From the NCBI RefSeq assembly GCF_032444005.1, contig NC_091286.1, positions 621,984,001 to 622,048,000 on the forward strand: 64,000 nt of DNA. Reading direction: 5' to 3'. Below the pieces are notes generated by a model that searched no databases, was not told where the DNA came from, and saw only the letters and a program-made list of their open reading frames with translations. The position numbers and the translations under genes were made by a program. Numbering within the stretch: the stretch's first letter is position 1; each line of letters starts with the position of its first letter. Of this stretch, positions 60,672 through 64,000 are shown in pieces. The DNA comes from Ranitomeya imitator (lineage: Eukaryota).

Positions 60672-60985
60672 GCAGATGTAGACGTCTGGGTGACCACTTT
60701 TTCTGCAAGTTCCTCCTGTGGTCAATGCAGATGTAGACATCTGGGTGACCACTTTTTCTGCAAGTTCCTCCTGTGGTCAATGCAGATGTAGACATCTGGG
60801 TGACCACTTTTTCTGCAGGTTCCTCCTGAGGTCAGTGTAGATGTCTGGGTGACCACTTTTTCTGCAGGTTCCTCCTGCGGTCGGTGCAGACGTAGACATC
60901 TGGTTGACCACTTTTTCTGCAGGTTCCTCCTGTGGTCAATGCAGATGTAGACGTCTGGGTGACCACTTTTTCTGCAGGTTCCTCC
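60672..60985 (+). repeat. 55-bp tandem repeat x~5.8
   Basis: GCAGATGTAGAC starts at 60672, 60727, 60782, 60886 and 60941, with one 49-bp unit. Confidence 0.9.
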
Positions 60986-63197
60986 ATCTCTCCATGGATA
61001 AGGCCAAATCGGTAAAAAGTTGATGCAACTTTTTTGTTATGGTCACAGTTGCATCTTGGTTGGTGGTACTCCATAAAAGCCACCAAAAATGGTTCAGTTG
61101 CCTGACAAACAGTAGGGAGTCGGGTGTATGACAACGATCAATTCCCCCCATAGATGGATTTGGATAATGTGACTTTTAAGAACATAACTTTTTTTTGTGT
61201 CAAGACCATCATGGATGATAAAGTCACCAAATGCCATACTGTAGTAAAGACCTTTGATGACTTCACGTCAATGAAGCCTCCAAGAAAATGGCATCATGTG
61301 ACCCAAATGGCACAACATAAGTCTGCGTGTAGCCCACCCACCCCTGATCTTGAGGGGTCAGCCAGGGTTGTGCCGCATGATGGTTGTTTGGAAGACGAGA
61401 GGTCACCGGTGTCACCGCCAGATGCAAACCCAGGAAATAGCAAAGAAACATGTCCGTTCACGTGCACCTGACCTCTGTGATGCCCCGCGTCCCCCATCTC
61501 CTTACCTGGTCTATAGGCAGCTGCACTGCATGGCTGAGGGGGAGCAGCACTGTGGAGCCTGTGGTACTTGTAGCCATGGCAATCCCTCCGATGAATGATG
61601 AGCAAGACGATGCTGAAGATGTTCACCTTGTAATCCACGCGCTCCCGGGAGAAAACAAGGATCTCGACCGCCGCGAATCCCGACCACGATGGATCCACAG
61701 ACGTGCATAAACTAACACGGTTCCCCCAGCTGGAGGCAATGAGCTGCCCACCCCTACGGTATTAAAAATGGATGGTGGGGAGGGGGGTGCGAGCCTAAAA
61801 AATAAAAGAAAATAGAAATCTATATAAAGTGCTGGTACTTGAGCTCACATGATGAATACGGCGAAGCAGCAATGACTCCAATGCAAACATCCAGCAGTGT
61901 CTCCAGGCACAGAAATGACAAAGCCACAGCCTCCTGCACCGCCTCACACTGTACAGTGCCCTGAATGCAGAATTACAGGGAGGAGGAGGAGGAGGAGGAG
62001 GAGGAGGAGGAGGAGAACCAGCAAACCCTCATGTATGGAAGCCCAGACAGCACATTCTTATCACTGTCATTCTGGAAATCACAGCTTCTGCCCTCTGTCA
62101 CCACAGCTCAGTGTCTCTGCTGCAGACATCGCAAAATATGTCCCCGACTTGATTAGTTCCCATATTTATTAGCTAAATAAAGGGGAGACAATGACACAGA
62201 GTGCACAGAGTCATGTGATGCGATATTAAAGGGGTTCTGGTTCTTTAACATTGATGGCCTATCCTTAGATCGGTGAGGATCTGACTCTCGTCATCGCTGA
62301 CAATTAGCTGTTTAAAGGGGCTGCGTCCCATTCATTGATTACCGGGCACATCCCATTCACCAAGACCAAGCTGTAATGCCAGACACAGCCACTACTAAAA
62401 GTATGGCGCTGTGTCTAGTAAACAATGAAGGGGACGCAGCACTGCAGCCCCCTCAGACGGCTAATTGGCAGGCGTCAGATCCCCATCCTTATAATATTCA
62501 CGTTCTATCGTAAGAGATCATGAAGACAAATATATTTTTGGTCCGACAAAATATCAGATCGCACCCGAACCAATGTTATTCTATCACGGGAATGTGCACG
62601 TCCAATTTTTTTCCTTTGACAGAGATATTCGATATTCGGATCGCACTCGGCCATGCAAGTCAATGAATCCATGGAAAAGAATAAATAAAATATTAAATAA
62701 AAAAAAAAAAAAAACGGACTGCACTCAGATGACATCTGAGTGCGGTACGATTTATTTTCACAGACAGAGAATGAAGAAGATAGAAATTGTTTTTACATCT
62801 TCTCATCTGTGAAAATCGGATCACTTTGCGATTAGCATAAAGGAACATATGAAAAACTGTTTAAGTCGGGGCGGTGACACAGGACATGCAACTTAAAATC
62901 ACAGTATGGCACTGCAACATTGCGGCATAACGCAAGCGAATGGGGTCACATTGCAGCCCACTTAACGCAAACAAGACAAGAAAGTTGCGAATAATCCAAA
63001 TGTTTGCAGGTTGTCACAGTCGCTGTCCCCTGTGGGCTGTAGTGTGGCCCCATTCACTTGCATTACTCTGCGATGTGGCAGCACACGCAGCAATCATCTT
63101 TGGCTCAGTGACCCTCGCAATGGTCAACGTCGCTGTGTCACCCGAGCCATAAAAAGGCTGTATCCTGTCAGAAAACTTCAATATATACACAGTTCAC

Positions 63198-63232
<35 letters not shown>

Positions 63233-63495
63233 ATAGCAATCTGTCAATGTGTCCTTTACTTACCCTCCTGGGGTCCAGAATCCCTACCACTTCCCCCAAT
63301 CTCTTGTTTGTCAGCAGCGGTGATGTTACGTTAAAGTCACTGCAACCAATCATTGAGATCAGCGGATCTAAGCGGCTGATACCATCCACGCGGGTACAGC
63401 AGCGCAGCTCAGCGATTGGCTGCAGTGATGTCACGTCACAACTGCAGCCAAACAACAGAGACCAGGGGACCAGTGGAGACTCAACGCTGGACCTA

Positions 63496-64000
63496 GGGAG
63501 GGTATGTAAAGCACAATATGTTACTCAGCACTGGACCCCGGAAGGGTAAGTAAAAGGACAATATTACTCAGCGATGGACCCCGGGAGGGTAGTAAAGCGC
63601 AATATGTTAATCAGCGCTGGACCCCAGGAGGGTAAGTAAAACACAATATGTCACTCAGCGCTGAGCCCTGGGAGGGTAAGTAAAGCGCAATTTGTTACCC
63701 TCCTGGTGTCCAGCACTGAGTAACATATTTAGCTTTACTCACCCTCCTGGGGTCCAGTGCTGATTAAGTAAAGCACAATATGTTACTCAGTGCTGGACCC
63801 CGGGAGGGTAAGTAAAGACAATATTACTCAGAGCTGGACCCCGGGAGGGTAAGTGAAGTACAATATGGTACTCAGCGCTGGACCCCAGGAGGGTAAGTAA
63901 AGCACAATATATTACTCAGCACTGGACCCTGGGAGGGTATGTAAAGCACAATATGTTACTCAGCACCAGACCCTGGGAGTGTAAGTAAGGTACAAATTTG
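63496..64000 (+). repeat. ~44-bp tandem repeat with an internal inverted block, running off the window
   Basis: Unit GGGAGGGTAAGTAAAGCACAATATGTTACTCAGCGCTGGACCCC; inverted units at about 63695-63765. Confidence 0.88.

Noticed and set aside
61897-62172. Poly-Arg or poly-Glu ORFs
   Set aside because: A (GAG)n microsatellite with no supporting splice structure or recognisable domain.

Overview
Eukaryotic, almost certainly anuran (frog) genomic DNA; the repeat families suggest a hyloid such as a dendrobatid, which is inference. The window is almost entirely nested transposable elements and I cannot support any host protein-coding gene. Main elements: a Tc1 DD34E transposon with an intact 340-aa transposase (8929-11874); a decayed DIRS tyrosine-recombinase retrotransposon (14421-22988) interrupted by a young, internally deleted BEL/Pao LTR element (15983-19332); a piggyBac-type non-autonomous element (24023-33935) carrying telomere-like repeats and an intact chromodomain-bearing Ty3/Gypsy element (25865-31553); a dead Tc1 (34213-35867); a cluster of Helitron-like elements with further nested insertions (37406-46417); a 5'-truncated CR1 LINE; many Harbinger- and hAT-type MITEs; several minisatellites; and a 239-N gap. 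The most interesting signal is that the BEL/Pao element has no tRNA-type PBS. Instead, the 11 nt just after its 5' LTR are perfectly complementary to a segment of its own LTR about 25 nt downstream of a weak TATA-like motif. This is the signature of Tf1-type self-primed reverse transcription, which I know only from the Ty3/Gypsy Tf1/sushi group. The nearby Gypsy element shows the same design with 9 bp. The DIRS ORF1 also appears to need splicing to be open. All coordinates and identities were read by eye.
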